A DNA stretch of 64,000 bases from Octopus vulgaris (lineage: Eukaryota): assembly GCA_951406725.2 (NCBI GenBank), contig OX597822.1, forward strand, positions 85,250,001-85,314,000, written 5' to 3'. The notes beneath the pieces were generated by a model. The model had not been told where the DNA came from. It made no database searches and saw only the letters and a list, made by a program, of their open reading frames with translations. The position numbers and the translations under genes are program-made. Within the stretch, counting starts at the first letter, position 1, and the number at the start of each line of letters is the position of its first letter. Positions 1 to 13,264 of this stretch are shown here, in pieces.

Positions 1-98
1 GAGGAAGCTTCTAAGAGATCGTTCAGTTGCTAGAAATAGCAGTAAATTATCCCTCAAATTACGATCAAATCGTCAGAGAAAATAATAATGTTGGTGAT

Positions 99-256
99 GG
101 TGCAGGCGCGGCTGTGTGGTAAGAAGCTTGCTTCTCAACTTCATGGTTCTGGGTTCATTCCCACCACATGGCATCTTGGACAATGTTTTCTATCATAGCT
201 TCGGGCCCCAAAGCCGTGTGAATGGATTTGGTAGATGGAAACTGAAAGAAGCCAAT

Positions 257-260
<4 letters not shown>
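99..260 (+). mobile_element. SINE family A (tRNA-derived head, CORE-like segment), 5' half
   Basis: Matches the head of the full copies at 19565 and 20763 (GGCTGTGTGGTAAG A-box, GGTTCANTCCC B-box-like, GGATTTGGTAGA..GGAAACTGAAAGAAGCC); runs into (TA)n. Confidence 0.85.
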
Positions 261-293
<33 letters not shown>

Positions 294-356
294 GTGTGTG
301 TGTGTGTGTGTCTATATATGTATATATGTATATATATTTGTATATATTTACATATT

Positions 357-397
<41 letters not shown>

Positions 398-925
398 AGG
401 AGATTCGTTATTGTTATATTCTTATACCTATAACGAATCTCCTCAAATACTCTTTTTACCTGTTATGGCTGATTTTCATGAATATGGTGAATCCTTATTA
501 GAAATCACCCCTTCTTTCTTTTTGGATCCCCTAAAAAGTTTGAAATGTTCTTTTTGAATTTGAACTTACGTTTTCTCATATATATATATATAGTTAATCC
601 AAACAAGAAAACACAGAAAAAAACACAGCAACGCGAGGACGTGGAACAATTAAAGTATTATTTGACGCTCAGGAAAGAAGGGATATATATATATATATAT
701 ATATTCGAGGCTTTCTTCCAAGGAATCTAATGCGCTTGGCTTATATTTTCCTTTGGGGCTGACCAGGTCGGAGCAATCTCAAAATTAATCAGCCGAAATT
801 GCGAAGATGATCCGGTTTTTGACTGAAGATCGAAGGCTTCGAATGTCCCGCCCGTTTTTTTTTTTGTATCGTCTTCTAAATGTTTTGCGTTCTTGTCCCA
901 GTTTGTGTTTTTTTTACATTTATCC

Positions 926-963
<38 letters not shown>

Positions 964-970
<7 letters not shown>

Positions 971-1661
971 TTTCTGCTTTTTACCCTTCTGTCCGGCATT
1001 CGTCATGATAGATCGCTAGCCACTATACATTCTTTATTGTTTCTCCTTGTTTCTTTCTGTGTTCCTGTTGTGGAAGAGCGTAGGCTGGAAACGTTAAAGA
1101 CATTTTCGCTTCCCGAGCGTTAAACTAATACATTTGTTTGGTGTCTACACCACCTGTCTTCGTCTTTTGTTTTTGTTTTTGTTTTGTGAATTCTCCCCGT
1201 ATATTACACGCTCACGTGGTCGCACCAGTTGATCCTGTCTCCTCTCATTACCCAACGAACTTTTACGGATTCTCTACCTGGACTTTCTACTACACTTCAG
1301 GTGCACCTCTCCTGTCCATGGATTACACTGGACTCCTCTGTTGATGAAAAATCGCTCCAATACACCACGATGTTCGAAGTTTTTGAACCTTTTGAACTTT
1401 ACGTAACTCTTTTATACTTTCTAAACTTTTTATGCACTTTCTGCTTTTTACCCTTCTGTCCGGCATTCGTCATGATAGATCGCTAGCCACTACACATTCT
1501 TTATTTTCTCTCCTTGTTTCTTTCTGTGCTCCTTTCTGTAGAAGAGCGTAGGCTGGAAACGTTAAAGACATTTTCACTTCCTGAGCGTTAAACTAATACA
1601 TTTGTTTGTTGTCTACAACACCTGTCTTCGTTTTTGTTGGTTTTTTTTTGTGAATTCTCCC
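964..1661 (+). mobile_element. Non-autonomous Penelope-like/retrozyme-like element with ~230-bp direct repeats
   Basis: 964-1197 is repeated at 1431-1661; each repeat holds a hammerhead-like motif (1068-1100, 1531-1568); preceded by (TA)n. Confidence 0.6.
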
Positions 1662-1829
1662 TGGCGGTGCCCCAGCATGGCCACAGCTCATAAGCTGAAA
1701 CTAGAATCAATCAATCAATCAATATATATATAACCGAGTTACTTCTGTATTAAATGAATTTGAGAAAAAGAGGAGATAAAGCACGATTTATTCGTGATTA
1801 GAGCTGCTCGAAAACCGAGGTAGTACCGT

Positions 1830-2057
1830 ATGTGTGTGTGTGTGTATTTGTGTGTCTGTGTTTGTACCCCCACCATCGCTTGACACCGATGTTGGTGTGT
1901 TTACGTCCCCATAACTTGGTTCGGCAAAAGTAACAGATAGAATAAGTACCAGTGCTTACAAAGAATAAGTCCAGGGGTCGATTTATTCGACTGAAGGTGG
2001 TGCTCCAGCATGGCTGCAGTCAAAAATGACCGAGACAAGTTAAAGAGTAAAAGAGAA
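1830..2057 (+). mobile_element. SINE family A, 3' half
   Basis: CATCGCTTGACA..GGTTCGGCAAAAG..GGGGTCGATTT..GGTGCTCCAGCATGG tail, as in the full copies. Confidence 0.85.
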
Positions 2058-4724
2058 TATGAATTTAGTTTCGTTGCAAATAGGGACAAAAGGGGACGGA
2101 TGAAATGCGTTTGACCTCTTGAGGTTTACTTGGCCAATGGTCAAACAGCAACACCACTATCAACAACTATGTTTATCAGAATTATTTTGGGACTGCACAA
2201 TAACAGCAACGATGACGACGATGAAGAGCCAAAGAGGGAATTACTTGGCGGACACCAATCTTGCTAGAAATGCTAACCAAATGTCCGTCAGACAACATCC
2301 TACCGTCATGAAAAAGGGAAGTGCACATTAGCTATTGTATTCTTAGATAGACCAGGGGACGGGTAAAACGGTTTTAATGACACCCGTGATTAGATGGCAG
2401 AAATGATGAAGCTGTTGTTGTAGTGCACCATGTCAGCCTGATCAAGCAGACCTTATGGCGTTCCAGTCAAGCCCACCCTGTCTTTTTCCTTTATACAGGA
2501 AACCCAGTGGCAGATGTGTCCTTTTCTTAGACGTGATTAAGATTGGATTTGAGGAAGATTTGGTTGTACATTTTATCGAAGACTAAGAGACAGTTTGTGA
2601 TAGAATGCGCGCGCGCGAGTGTGTGCGCACGTATGTGTGCATGTGTGCGTGTGTATGACAGCCTCGAAAAGACAGGGGTCTCAGGCAAAGAAAATAACCA
2701 GCTAACACACACTTTGTAAATACGATTCGTTTGGAGAACAGTAAAAAGATATGCAGGACAATTTGTAAAATAAGTGAAGGTTACGTCTTCTAAAATAAAG
2801 TTTGCGATTCTGTGATGGAAATTCCAGCGAAAGGGCTTTGTTTCATTGTCCTAAATCAGCTCATTTCTTTTATAGGAAGAATTTAAATTATTTTAAAAAG
2901 ATCGATTCATATATATATATATACATATATGCAGACTAAAACCCTTTAAGGCGGTGCCCCAGTTTGGCCGCAAATGAAACAAGTAAAAGATAAAAAAAAG
3001 CATACATTCATTGTTTTCAAGCCCAGTAAGAAATTGACCATTTTTGGTCAGCTTCACTACATAAAATATTCGCTGGCAACGTTTATATTTTTAACAGTGA
3101 TCTCCTCCGGATTGAATAGTACTGCCTAGGTGTCGAAACCACAGTGATATCTGTTTGGGTAGCTGATGATGGGAATGCACATATATTACGTTCGAGTGTG
3201 AAGGTATATCTTAGTCTCGTTATTCTGGGTTGATCTTCCTTCTTGTAAAATGGAAAGTGTTTATGGATTCATAGTCTGTTTGGTTTTCTGTTTGCTTAGA
3301 TATTGATGTCTAATTTCGGGAGGCTCTGTGGCATATACACGTACATTTGCATTTTTAATTATTGGTGTATTTGGTAAATTTGTTAAAGGTCTAAGTGACC
3401 AAGACTTTTAGTAAAGAAAATAGCTAAATAACATGCACTCGGCAAATGCAGTCAGAATAGCAAAGAATAGGCAAAACGTTTCCAAAGTTCAACATAGAAT
3501 ACAGTCATTGTTTCTTGTTTTTTTCTTTTCCCAAATTCCGGCAATGGAGTCGCTTCGTTTTTAGAAATCAGATCTCTCCTCAAAGGAAGAGTTCAAATAA
3601 TTAAAAGACATACATATAGACAGACAGACATACACACATAATACATACATATATACATACATACATACATACACACATACATACATACATACATACATGC
3701 ATGCATATACATTTATATGTATGTATACATATATACATGTATAGATATATAGATGTATACATACATACAAACACATATACATGCATACATACATATCTTC
3801 ATGTATACATAAACACAAACATACATATTTGTACACACGTAAATACATCCATACATACACGTTCATTGATAGATCTGTAGATAGATGTTTAGATAGAGAT
3901 AAAGATAATGAAATGTAGAAACAGATAGATAAATAAATAAATGGAATCGCTAACGAAAATAAATTAGCGAAGATCTGGTGCCGGGTTGCTATTCGAGGTC
4001 GCAATAATTTTATATATTGATATGCATGAGAACACTAGTTAACACTAGATTATGAAACCAGCAAGAGAAACGTGCAAATTCAAAGCCAACCGCCGCACGA
4101 TCGCCCTTTGCAGCAAAATACATTTCACGCATAATTGCGTCTAAAAAGAAAAAATATAAATTGAATAACATGCAAACAGCATATACTTACCCGAAAACAA
4201 TTAAACATCTTATCGGGTAATTAAGCAACCAGACAACTTATAATACGTATCTATGTTTCTTGGTTTGTATTTGTGTCACACAGCACACACACACGCACGC
4301 ATATGCATATGTGTGTGCTTGTATATATACATATATACATATATATATATATATAAACATGTATCAATGTATGAATGGGTGTATATATGTATCGGCGTAA
4401 GACCATGCATTATGAAACTTCATGTCTACTTATAGAAGCACGTGCCAGCAAGGACAGAAGACAAAGAAACGTGTGTTATTAAAGATACCACCTACATCTT
4501 ATATAATCTATATATGCATTCATGTATGTTACTCCACACACGCGCGCGCGTGCGCGGACACGCACGCACCCATACAGATATGGAGGGCAAGAAAGGGAGA
4601 GAGAGATGCACAGACATTATTCTCATAAGTATATGTATGTGTGTGTGTGTGTGTGTACCATGCACACACATACGCATGTATATGTAATATTTATGTTTAT
4701 GCTTATGCACTTACGCATTTATAC

Positions 4725-4827
<103 letters not shown>

Positions 4828-4955
4828 GTCTAAAAACTGTCTGTTTCGGCCCCACGCAATTTAAGGTTTCATAGACTTCTTACAGAAACCTAGCTCGTCG
4901 GGCTCAGTTGTATGTATATATAATATATATATATATGAGAAAGAGAAAGAGAGAA

Positions 4956-5049
<94 letters not shown>

Positions 5050-5435
5050 GGATGGATGGATGGATAGATAAACCCAAATCTGATATTCATATTATTTATT
5101 GTTTTGTGTGTGTGTGAAGTTGTGGGTTGGTGTATGATTGTGTGTTTGTGTGCTTATCTGCTTGTGCGAATTCAACATTTCATGGACAAACTCGTACAAT
5201 AGATCTAAACTTACCGTATGCATAAAACTTTATTTATTTGTACTTTCATAGAAGAGAGAGACATCATATTTTGACACATTCATAACACTGAAACGAGATT
5301 GCAATCAACGGCTTATATCAAGACACGCGTCTCGTCTGATTAGAAAAGATAAGCGAGCGTTTGTTCAATATGGCGTCGTTGTCATCATCTTATCGCTAAG
5401 TTTCTGTTCAATTGAACGTTTCTCTCTCTTAAATA

Positions 5436-5480
<45 letters not shown>

Positions 5481-7074
5481 GTCACTGCTGCTGTTGCTGT
5501 TGTTGAATAAATACCGTTTCTAATCAAACATCATGAAAAAGGTGGAAATAGAAAATCATTTATGAATGCGATGCAGAGATAATTTTGGATTGATGATGTT
5601 CATTTTAAAATTTTGTACATTCATTTAAACACGCTCTCCCCCCCCCACACACACGCACATAAACACACACACATGTAAATACACATATATGTATATACCA
5701 ATCAATTCAGTAAAACTGTCACCGACGCAAACGCTCGTGCATACACACACACGCGCGCGCGCGCACACAAACACATACACACATACACACACAAACACAC
5801 ACACATGCAAATATTTCTTTTTCATTTTTATTTATTTTTAATTTACTGCTTTGTGTCGTCTGCTTAGTGAATTAATCGTCTGCTCAGTGGATTAATGTAG
5901 ACATTTTGTGTCTGGCTACAATTGAATAGCACGAAATCTGAAGTTATTTAAAGTGTCAAACGGTTGAATGGATTTAATAAACATTTATTATGTCATCTTG
6001 TCACATTTGACTAAATTTCTAGTATCTAGAACACTGAACAACGGATGATCAAAAGTTTCGATTTCGTCTCCGCCATAGTGCTATGTCTGTATAAAGAAGA
6101 CACTTGATTAATTCGAATTATTTATAAACAATTACGACAAAATGAAACAGTTAACCGCCGTTAAGAGTGAAGACATCCCAGAATCGACGAATATTTCGTT
6201 TTGTTCACAGTGTTGTGATCAAACTACCCACATTTTTGTGCATGCGTTCGCACGTGCATTTGTGTGCGAGTGCGTGTGTGTGTGTGTGTGTGTATGTCTG
6301 TGTATGTGTATGCGTGTGTGTATGTGTAGAAGTCTCTTTGCTACAGTCCCTAAAAGCCTTGCCTGGGAAGATATACTGTGGATGGTCAAATTGTTTTTCC
6401 AACCTATATATCTGTCTTCAATTCTTATCCAGAATGAAATGGCCTAATGATCTTCTTCAATATTTAACGAATATCTTAATCTATTTTTTTTCTTATATGT
6501 TCTTGTGGAATATTGCGTATATACCACAGGTTTTTATTTCTCCGGATCATGCTGCACTGAAGATGACACAAAACGTCGAAGTGCGTGAAAGTGAAAATTA
6601 GAAACTATTTATGGGAAAAGAAATATATTGTATTTCTAAATCAAGTAAAACAATTTGAGAATATGTATTTCTTACAAGGTTTTTTGCAGTTACAGGTGTT
6701 GTTTATATTTCATACATACATACATACATACATACATACATACATACATACATACATACATACATACATACATACAAAAATACCCTGTTGTTGATGTTGA
6801 AATTCCAAAGAAGCCTTGGATCTAGGTTAGTAACCGGTTCTTTCTCTATTGGCAAGAAATCTTGAAATAAACTGAATAATGGTATATATATATACATGTA
6901 GCATGTAGTTGAAAGGTACACACTCGCTTTAAACGAGTTTCATTTCTTTTCCTGTTCTTTTTAACTGCCTTATTGCTCTGTTTTTGTAAAGCGCTCAGCC
7001 GAAACGTCAGTCTATTTTTGCTTTTCTTTTTATATATTTATATCGGTGAACAATTCACTGTGCACAGCTTTTTA

Positions 7075-7154
<80 letters not shown>

Positions 7155-7673
7155 CTTACATTTGCTTACCACCATTTCAATTTTTGCTGCAATCTTCTCA
7201 TGTAATCCAATTGTCTGTGTCTTATTCCCCTTTTGATATTCTTCCCCCAAACAACGAAAATCTAGAACTACATTATCTAATGTGTCTATCAACGTTCAAT
7301 ACAATATCATATGACATGAGGAAAACTTGACTTCTATCTCTAGTAGGTCATTTGCCACTTAAAGCTCCATTATTGTGTTGTTGGTCTTAATGTTTCCTGC
7401 GCAGAGGGAATCCGAATGAGCTAAATCGATGAGCAGTAATATCTTCTTTTATTGATCAGAGATCGATGAAATATGTAAGCAGTACAGCACAAAATCACTT
7501 TACGTCTACAGAAAAAAATAAAAAGAACTCAATATTCTGGGGCCGACTAGGTTTCTTGCGCTTGTGTGTTCAGGCCACTGGACCTCTCAGTATTGCAGCC
7601 ATGTTTGTATCTTACATATGCATACACACACACACACAAGCACAAACTAAGAGTATATGTGTATGTATGTATG

Positions 7674-7803
<130 letters not shown>

Positions 7804-7900
7804 TATATATGTGTGTGTATATATTCGAAAGCCGCCGCTCGGATATATGATCCACGGCGATACCTTCGCAACCCAGACACAGAGTACATGTGTGTGTGAG

Positions 7901-7953
7901 CTCCATGCAACGAAAAGTTTCGTTGGCAGAACGAACGTAACTCGTCAGGAATC
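7901..7953 (-). ncRNA. Degenerate hammerhead ribozyme motif at the 3' end of the PLE remnant
   Basis: Minus strand CTGACGA-GTT..AAC-GAAA with helix II paired; cleavage triplet and helix I decayed. Confidence 0.5.
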
Positions 7954-8792
7954 TGGAAACCGAATAAGGACATGAGACGAATCCAAGATAACTTCTAGAT
8001 GTTAGAGCTGTGTTGATCAACGAAAGTGATGTGGTGTTATTGGGTTGGAAGCGAAATCAGTTATTTTCTTTGTTCTTAGGCCCACAAGTACGTGCGGGAT
8101 AGGTAACTGTCGCCACTGTGTCTGGCAGCTGCGGTATGGTATATATATACAGCGACATCAGTTCCTTGCATTTGCTGCAACAATAACAGAGCAGGATGTT
8201 GTCACAGGTTAGTGTGGAGGATTAACAAATACTACAGTGGCAACACAGCCTTTCCCTGGGAGGGAACCGATTGGGTGGTGCTGGATTACGATTTAGTGAT
8301 ACTTGGTTGGACTGTCAAAATGGTCTGTTTGAGAGACGGTGGATAGTAACGTGCCTTTGAGTATGGAGAAGCCAGTCCTAAGATGTTATACCTGGATTGT
8401 CAGCTGCCAGTGGCTCGAAGGTCAGAGCGTACCTGTGATTGTAACATTAAGATAAATCATTCTTCCAGTTGATGAATGCCGCAGGTTTGTGGAGTGTGTT
8501 TGATCTGGAGTTGTCATGGAGTTGGAAGTTACAAGTCTCAGGTGAGTACGGAGGGGCATTGTCAATGATATTCCATCCGATATTAGGGAAGTTGTTCCGA
8601 TGGCCACAAAAGTCTCACAGGGCAGTGAGGTGAAGTTGTCTCCATCGCTGCACCTGAAAAAGGTGCATTCAATGTGTATACCTTCCTTTCAGGTCATCGG
8701 CTGTCATGTCCATGTAGTGTCTTGTAATGCCATCGAATGGTATGAGAATGGCTCTATATACCACAGTGGTTGAGAGGCAGGATCCTCCTGAA

Positions 8793-9022
8793 GGCGGCGA
8801 GCTGGCAGAAACGTTAGCACGCCGGGCGAAAAGCGTAGCCGTATCTCGTCTGCCGTTACGTTCTGAGTTCCAATTCCGCCAAGGTCGACTTTGCCTTTCA
8901 TCCTTTCGGGGTCGATAAATTAAGTACCAGTTACGCACTGGGGTCGACATAATCGACTTAATCCGTTTGTCTGTCTTTGTTTGTCCTCTCTGTGTTTAGC
9001 CCCTTGTGGGTAGTAAAGAAAT
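8793..9022 (+). mobile_element. SINE family B (tRNA-like head, Deu/Nin-like middle, Tx1-like tail)
   Basis: GGCGGCGAGCTGGCAGAAACG...GTAAAGAAATA; 11-bp TSD AGGATCCTCCT at 8779-8789 and 9023-9033. Confidence 0.9.
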
Positions 9023-9391
9023 AGGATCCTCCTAGTGGGCAGTTGGTAAGATTTTGAAAATTACAGGTTAGCGTGTGTATTGGAAGATGTGTAGGTGTGT
9101 TTGTGTATATTGTAGCGTACGATGTTTGGAGCGATGTTGCCTAAGTATCGTCTGTCATTTTCATTCATTCTTACGAACAAAAATGCAATACACATAGATT
9201 TATAAACACACACATACAAACACACACACATACAAACACACACATATTAGACACACACGCACGCTCACACGCACACACTCACATACGCACACATGGAGAG
9301 AGGAGTGAGAGAAGAGAGAAAGAGAGGCAAATAGAAGACATTGAAGAAATGTAGAAAGAATAGATTTTAGAAAACCCTAGGCAGGGAGAGG

Positions 9392-9441
<50 letters not shown>

Positions 9442-10776
9442 CAGAAAGTAAGAAGAAAAGAGAGAAACAAAATAATAATGAAAGAAGGAAGGGGGAAAAA
9501 GAAAAGCTAATAAAACAAAAAGCAGTTCTCTTTAACGTCAGTAAATTTAAAACAAAATAAAATTCAAATCGTGGCAAATAAAAATAAAACGGTCGGAATC
9601 CCATTGCACCTTCAACTCTACACCAAGGAACTAATTATATTTAACCACGTTTCAGGCTAGGCATTAAAGCCACTAAATCACATCCTAACTTATATTAACG
9701 TTCTTCAGCATTTTTCTCTTTTCACATACGCGTTCTCTCTCACTCTTTCTCTCGCTCTTTCTCCCTCTTTATATATATTTATATCCTTACCTCTCTCTCT
9801 CTCTCAATGTTAAAGATATTCATATAACTAAATAATAATAATGATAATTTATTCTTTTAATGTCCACAAGAGCTAATATATACAAACCTAAATAATGATA
9901 ATAAGAAACCTACAGCGACGCCAGCAAAGATATTTTGTTTACGTAGCTACGCAACGCGCAACCGATTCCATGGAGAAGGAAGGATATCGAGATCAAATCG
10001 AAAATATTTGGTGGATGGAAACAAAAGCAAATGAATTTTTAAATGCTATTTACTTAAATCTTTTCTGATTTTACATTTGATTCTCTTTATCTCAATAATT
10101 ACAATAACTTTGTGACAATTCCTGAACTAAAAAAGCGAATCAATGAGTGGGAGACCTCTATGTGTTCACAAAATATGCTAGAAATAACAGCCAAATATCT
10201 CTCAAATCTTACTTTATCGTTTTTGTACCAAAAGAAAGGACACATTAAACAATGGAATTCTAAATTCATTTTGTCTGAGAAGGAAAAAAAAACCCTGGAT
10301 ATTCACGGATAGAATACCTTTCATTCCAGGTGTCTTCTACCCAGGCCACGGTTGATCCGGGGATAAAGAATACAAATAGCAAAAAGCAAAAAAAAGTCGA
10401 ATGTGGGAGCCTTTAAGTAGCTTCTTCGTCTGCTAGAAACAACAGCTAATGTTGTCACATCGAAGAAAAATGTAACGGAGGACTTAAGAGGTTGTGAGCG
10501 GAATACTTTAATGTTTTCGCTCAATCAGGTTTGATTAACAACAAAAACAACAGCAACAGCAACCGAAAATGGTTTTATAATATCTATTGTTACTTCTCAT
10601 TGGTATTAATGATTGACAATAACAGCTGAAAATATCTGGAAATATGTTTTCCCTTTTTGAAACTGAGAAAGGACACCAAGAACCCTTCATGACAGACCTT
10701 CAGGAGGGCCCAGAAAAGATTCCCGAGCAAAATCAAAGCTTACAAACATACATATCCATATATACACACATACATA

Positions 10777-11130
10777 GGAAGATGTTAACAGAAAGCTGAA
10801 GATCAGTGAAAAAGAGAACACCTATGCTGAACTATTGAGAAATCTGCAGTTACACTATACAGATTAGAAGTTCAGGTTTATACCTGTAATTATTGGGATA
10901 TGTAACATACTACTAAATACCACTCTTGAGAAATTAGGCTTCTCAAAACCAGAAAGGAGAAAGCTAATTCGAAGTCTACAGATCCAATCAATCACTGGAA
11001 CTGTGAAGAACCGTACAACATTCCAGAAGTTTATCATTTAAGTATATATGAGCATATCTAGATATGTAACTATATGCACGAGAATACATACATAAAACAA
11101 AACATACAAACCTGCACATATACATGCATA
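10777..11130 (+). mobile_element. 3' fragment of an RLE-type (Dong/R4-like) LINE, ending in (TACA)n
   Basis: Translates as KLKISEKENTYAELL..RFIPVIIG..LGFSKPERRKLIRSLQIQSITGTVK..FQKFII*, resembling the RLE C-terminus; its last ~40 bp recur at 11328-11365. Confidence 0.7.
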
Positions 11131-11259
11131 CATACATTCATTCATGCATACACACACGCATACATGCATACATACATACATACATTCATTCATGCATACA
11201 CACACGCATACATGCATACATACATACATACATACATGCATACATACATACATGCATAC

Positions 11260-11304
<45 letters not shown>

Positions 11305-11539
11305 TAAATTAGAGACAAAACTTTGTTTAAAACAAAACATACAAACCTGCACATATACATGCATACATACATACATACATACATACATACATACATGCAT
11401 ACATATATACATACATACATACATGCATACATACATACATACATACATACATACATACATACATACATTCATTCATGCATACACACACGCATACATGCAT
11501 ACATACATACATACATACATACATACATACATACATACA

Positions 11540-11573
<34 letters not shown>

Positions 11574-11595
11574 CATACATACATACATGCATATA

Positions 11596-11626
<31 letters not shown>

Positions 11627-11656
11627 TGTTTAAAACTCGCCAAGAATATTCTGAAA

Positions 11657-11719
11657 CCACCTGATGAATGTCTACTACTCAAAGATTTGATGACTGAAGA
11701 CACGAAACGATCGTAGTGG
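11657..11719 (+). ncRNA. Minimal type I hammerhead ribozyme
   Basis: CCAC-CTGATGA-a-TGTCT..AGACA-c-GAAA-CGATCG-TA-GTGG: helix I CCAC/GTGG, canonical core, helix II, palindromic helix III, GUA cleavage site. Confidence 0.8.
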
Positions 11720-11911
11720 ATATTAATAATTGTTACATTTCTAAATAATATAAATTAATTTATGTATTGGCTTAAGTCTTTCTTTGTTTGATTTGCATAA
11801 TAGTGGTTTTGTCTCTAATTTAATATAATATAATATTTTACTATAAAATTGGATTCAATCCTAAATCTGATTTTTCCCTGTAAGTTTGGATTTATTCCCT
11901 AATATTTATTA

Positions 11912-11945
<34 letters not shown>

Positions 11946-11948
<3 letters not shown>

Positions 11949-12230
11949 GGCTAACAGTCAGTCTGGATAAGCTTGGATTTTCAGAAAAAGAAGCCAAACA
12001 ACTGACTCTCACATTGCAAATACGATCTGTAAATGGAACAGTCAAAATATGTAAGACTTTTCTCAAGTTTAAAATGTGATACTTTTTTGTTATCTACATT
12101 CCAAAACAGTGACGCTTTGTATGTTTGTTAGAAACCAGCTCATTTTTACAGGGAGACTTTAAATAATTAAGCAGATAACATACATATGCGCGCGTACGTG
12201 TCTCTGTATGTGCCCGTATGTGTGTATGTG
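11946..12230 (+). mobile_element. 3' fragment of another RLE-type LINE family
   Basis: WLTVSLDKLGFSEKEAKQLTLTLQIRSVNGTVKICKTFLKFKM*, homologous to the 10777 fragment; lies between (TA)n and (TG)n. Confidence 0.65.
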
Positions 12231-12542
12231 TGTGTGTGTGTGTGTGTGTTAAGTTGCCTTGATAATAAATGTTGATTCAGTAAGTTTAGTGAAAGCTTTT
12301 GTTTCCATGGAAACGGTATACAAATTGTATAAAACCAAGATAAAACAAGATAAATATTTCTTAGATCGATAATATTGATTTCAATCAGGAATATTTCTTG
12401 TATTACGGAAGATTAAGCATACTTTAAGTGAACAAAAATCGCATTATTTTTATGTATGTAATAATATTTATGATAAAGATGGAATTCATATTTTTATAAG
12501 CATTTCAATCGGAACAACGCACACACACACACGCGCACACAC

Positions 12543-12613
<71 letters not shown>

Positions 12614-13264
12614 TACACACGCACACAGAGTAGGGAGAGAGAGAAAGAGAGAGATACATGCATACATACGCGTATGCATATATACACACTCTTATATACA
12701 TAGATATGTGTATGATGCACAACAGACGACTTTGGATCAATAATTATTTTTCTATCAAATGCATGAAACATAATTTCAAATAATTACTGGTATTTAAAGA
12801 TTTTGTTTTCAATCAACTCAAAAGAAATGTTAAAATACTTGGCAAATGTTTCTTCAGATAGAGACAGGTTATACACACACATATATGTATACACACATAT
12901 ATAATCGCATATATACACACTAAGTTGTAGTTTAAGTAGTTTTTACGTTTACACAAATCCCACTTTGATGATATTTCGACGGTTTTGAGGGTCAGATTTA
13001 TTCAAAATACATCAAAAACCACAGAAAAAAATTTATAGTTTAATAATAATAGTTTACAGAAATTAATGATTAAAATCATTTAAAAAATAGGGTGAATTAA
13101 AATGTAAAAAAGTCGTAAACCTCAGAAAGAAACCTAGTTACGTTGGAATATCCCTATCTATTGATCTAACTATTTTAGTCAATCAATCAATGTGTTTATC
13201 GATATAGATGTGTGTGTGTGTCAGAGAGAGAAAGAGGGAAATATATATATATATATATATATAT

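Larger units (their letters stand above)
7820..9160 (-). mobile_element. Penelope-like element remnant (GIY-YIG endonuclease region plus 3' non-coding part), interrupted by a SINE
   Basis: With the SINE at 8793-9022 removed, the minus strand reads CNFQNLTNCPLGGSCLSTTVVYRA...HYMDMTADDLKGRYTH...NIGWNIIDNAPPYSPETC, matching the PLE Cys linker and GIY-YIG pattern; several stops; outer boundaries approximate. Confidence 0.8.
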
